DNA of 12,003 nt, taken from contig JBHGNT010001108.1 in the NCBI GenBank assembly GCA_043228905.1, positions 1 to 12,003 on the forward strand. Direction: 5' to 3'. Both the position numbers and the translations under genes were made by a program. The notes beneath the pieces are model-generated. The model saw nothing but the letters and a program-made list of their open reading frames with translations, was not told the origin of the DNA and did no database searches. The DNA is from Azolla caroliniana. Taxonomy: Eukaryota; Plantae; Polypodiophyta. Positions 9,071-12,003 of the stretch are shown in pieces; the first letter of the stretch is position 1, and each line of letters begins with the position of its first letter.

Positions 9071-9670
9071 TATTTTTCCAAAAAAAAAACTACTTCCATT
9101 AGTTAAGGTAATGTACATAGGATAATATACAACTCATATCTTACAAGCCAACTTGCATGTCGAAAATAAAACAATGTGTGTAAAGGAAACAACAAAAAAA
9201 CTCCAAAACACAACATTATTCGATGAGCATAGCATTACTCGACAACATACCCTCCACGTAATGCATCATACAACCCAAATTCAGCATAACCATCCTCCAC
9301 TCTCTTCTCATGGCAGCACTCGTCTATATGTTAGGCACACTCGGAGGGAACAACCACCGCGGTGGTTGATAATTCCACTTCGCTTTGCCATCCACCATAT
9401 GCAGCATTGAAGAACTGCTCCATTTTAGAAGGAACCGAGCTCTAGCTTCTTCACTTGTGTAAAAGGGCCCTTTAAGGCATTCAAACTCTCCTCATAACAT
9501 AGAAATCAGATTAAACCAAATCATCATTAAACTCTCAGTCGGGGGCGTTCACTTACATGAGAAGGTCTCCTTGCACCTAGATACCCACACTTGCCAAACC
9601 GTAAGGCCGACCACTAATAACCATATGTCCACGTAGCATTCCTGTATGTAGAATGAACCTCCTCGTGCTA
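9071..9670 (-). mobile_element. 5'-truncated non-LTR retrotransposon (L1-like LINE) 3' end, copy A, with 16-bp target-site duplication
   Basis: Single frame 9668..9324: ARGGSFYIQECYVDIWLLVVGLTVWQVWVSRCKETFSCK*TPPTESLMMIWFNLISML*GEFECLKG...ARARFLLKW...KAKWNYQPPRWLFPPSVPNI*, containing the W-x2-W-x2-R-x4-F pattern of LINE ORF2 C-termini. About 250 bp of 3' UTR and a short A tail follow. Flanked by GTGTTTTTTGTGTTTT (9055..9070) and GTGTTTATTGTGTTTT (9671..9686), 15/16 identical. Confidence 0.88.
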
Positions 9671-9781
9671 GTGTTTATTGTGTTTTCGCATGTATGTATT
9701 CTTCATAAAATCGTTGACTTATATCGTATAACCTCAATTTTGAGAAAGTGTTCTACGATTACCTCTTGAAGTTTTTGAATG

Positions 9782-9930
9782 ACTTGGTCCCTTCACTTTG
9801 ATGATAATTTATGAGCTTGGCCAAACAACTGGGTTCACTTTGTCAAAGACATGAGAATGAAATATAGACACGAGAAAACAAAAAATACCTAAAACAAATA
9901 AAGAAATAAATTTGACAATATGAAAATGTT
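9782..9930 (+). pseudogene. Decayed Myb/SANT-like (trihelix-type) DNA-binding domain fragment, possibly a PIF/Harbinger ORF1 remnant
   Basis: One frame reads TWSLHFDDNL*AWPNNWVHFVKDMRMKYRHEKTKNT*NK*RNKFDNMKMF, resembling the NL-xxx-W...T-xx-QC-KNK-x-D-N-L-K consensus of Myb/SANT-like domains. Three in-frame stops. Confidence 0.4.
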
Positions 9931-11289
9931 CAACGACATCTTATTACATGAGGATGGTCGTAAAACTCTTAGTAGTATCATGTGTCACGAGAGGGATGTT
10001 CATGACACTATTCACAATGTCTCGCCATAAGAGATAGATGATCATGGCTAATACTAGAACGAGCTTACTTTACTAACTATATGTGAAAGTAGATTGTATT
10101 TTCCTGTTTTTATAGGTTTAATATTTTGAGACTTCATCAAGAACTATACTCGTATTCATTGCACACTTACACTCGTGGCAAAAACTTGCCTATAACATGC
10201 ATGTAATTTTGATAAATTATTGAGAGTGATGTTTTATCAAGTAAAAATAGTTAGGAACAATTACATACATTTTCTTCATAATATGTCTAAATAAGTGCCT
10301 TGAAGGTGGAAATATGGATGCCAATGATCTTAACATATGTAACACCAAAATCAAGACGCTGGCATACACATTTTTAAGCGATAGACTAATAGTGAATGTC
10401 AGAATTTTACCCGTTAAAAACTTGGTGCCATTCTTTATATGCGTAAAGTTGAGGAAATTCCACTTCTAATGGACATTGGACACAATGCATTCTATTAGAA
10501 TGATTCTCAGTCAATTGGAAACCAATGCACGTGTCTTGCCGTAATGTTTTTTTTAATGGAAACATCATTTTGAGGTATGTGAGAGTCACGCACTTTCTAA
10601 AGTGTAAATATTCGTTCACAAGAGGGCTTCCAACTGCTTTACTTTGAAGATTGCAACAATATACATCACAACATGAAAGTGTGTTTACACTTATACATTG
10701 TATAAGAAGGTTTGGATTTTTAGATAAATTATTGTTTATATATTCATGACGTTATAATATGTGTGTAGTGGCAAAGCTTGTGCTCTACAATGTGAATTGT
10801 ATTGTATGTTATTGGTTAAAGTTGATAGAATTGGGTTTGATGTTATGTTCAATACAAAATCTCATTCCAGAATCGGTCATTCAAAAGCAAGTACAGAGAC
10901 AAACTCTCTCATTTTATGTATGGTTTGTGATAATGCACCATCCTATGCAATTTCTGGTGTCAACCAAACAATTATATAAACAATGATCCATGTATAAGTG
11001 AGAGTATGATTACAAATGTTAACATCTTCTAAGTAGCCTCACATAATCTACGAGAACAAAAAGTGATTACATCTTTAAGGGTAGACTCGTATTCGAGAAG
11101 GAAACAAGGAAAAAAGAAATTATCATGCACAATTGTTGAATGGACCTATGGAATGAGAAGTGAAACATTCACGTGTGCATGTGTGGAGTCGATTAACTTT
11201 TCTTCATGTTCGAAAATTTTACTAATGATTGTTACAATGGGCAGTGCATTGTCACCGTGAGAAAAAAGCATGTAAAAATTCCACTCGAT

Positions 11290-12003
11290 TGCGATAGTGG
11301 GAGGAACGCATGTAAAGATTGGGAACATGTGGAAAGCAAACTTAGTTGTGGCGGGCATTGCTCAATGGATGTATTCCTCTAAACATTTTGTATATGCACA
11401 ACAATTCATATGGTCATGGCAAGATGATGCATTATCTTTTTTTGAGTTGGTACCATCAAGTTATCGAGAACTTTGTAATTCATTACAAAATGAATTGCTT
11501 GTTTCTTCTAGATTGTTGCATTGGCATGGAAAAGCGAAGTTGAGATATCAATTTAATTGTTTACTTTGATTGGGGTTTGTATACTTGGGAGATGTGATTG
11601 ATAATGAATCTCAAACTTGTTAGAATTTGAAAATGCTAAGCGATGGGTATGTATTTCCCTAATTTATGGATTTATTAGTGAGAAATTACAAGATATACCA
11701 TTGTTGCATGGATATTTGCAAATGAAAACAAATGTTGTGCCTTGGATGAATTGGCGTTTAAAGGACGATATGTGTTTGTTACAAGTCACTACAAATGTAT
11801 TGTATTGTCATGGAAGTACTCTATTGGAGATTTGGCAAGTTCCAACCCATTGTTATTCAAGGCCTCAACATTGGGTTTATTGCTTAGTATGTTTCAAAAT
11901 GGGCCAAATGATGAGTTGAAGATATTGTTCTAAATTTTACAATATTGAGGATTGCGACACAATTGGAATATGTGTAGTGCTTTCATGTTTCATGGTAGAC
12001 ATG
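11290..12003 (+). mobile_element. Decayed LINE ORF2 post-RT/C-terminal remnant, continues beyond the window
   Basis: Frameshifted Trp-rich pieces in collinear order: IGNMWKA, LL*LGFVYLGDVIDNESQ/LEFENAKR, PWMNWRLKD..LLQVTTNVLY, EIWQV..RPQHW and ILF*ILQY*GLRHNWNMCSAFMFHGRH (a decayed W-x2-W-x2-RN-x3-F-type motif near 11964). Not closely similar to copies A and B. Confidence 0.5.

Noticed and set aside
8054-9410. Short ORFs 8054..8251, 8130..8393, 8407..8616, 8834..9034 and 9153..9410
   Set aside because: Antisense to, or in the UTR/flanks of, the LINE fragments; no recognisable products.
10407-11358. Short ORFs at 10407..10619, 10759..10986, 10761..10979, 11063..11260 and 11146..11358, plus nearby splice-like sites
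   Set aside because: No recognisable domain and no consistent exon chain; lengths are compatible with chance.
3198-12003. Separate DYW deaminase exon or gene completing the PPR protein
   Set aside because: No PG box, HSE, CxxCH or DYW-like terminus seen in the supplied ORFs or the frames I translated by hand; the search was not exhaustive.

Overview
AT-rich eukaryotic (land-plant nuclear) DNA. The PPR motif wording suggests a fern, but that is inference. The one intact gene is an intron-less PLS-class pentatricopeptide-repeat ORF (1113..3197, +): 17 PPR motifs, then E1 and a truncated E2, with no DYW domain, i.e. a candidate organellar RNA-editing specificity factor. Directly upstream on the opposite strand lies a decayed, more distantly related PLS-PPR fragment (about 579..1010). 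The remaining ~9 kb is mostly a transposon graveyard. It holds two tandem 5'-truncated LINE 3' ends on the minus strand that share a KWxYxPPxWLFPP terminus (one has a 16-bp target-site duplication), a third LINE remnant running off the right edge, weaker gag-like, LINE-like and Myb/SANT-like remnants, and simple repeats. I see no convincing new multi-gene system. The best leads are the E2-truncated PPR with its predicted RNA target, the antisense PPR relic beside it, and the shared U-tract/A-tail architecture of the LINE ends. Most short ORFs in the supplied track appear spurious. All family assignments come from manual translation and remembered consensus motifs, not database searches.
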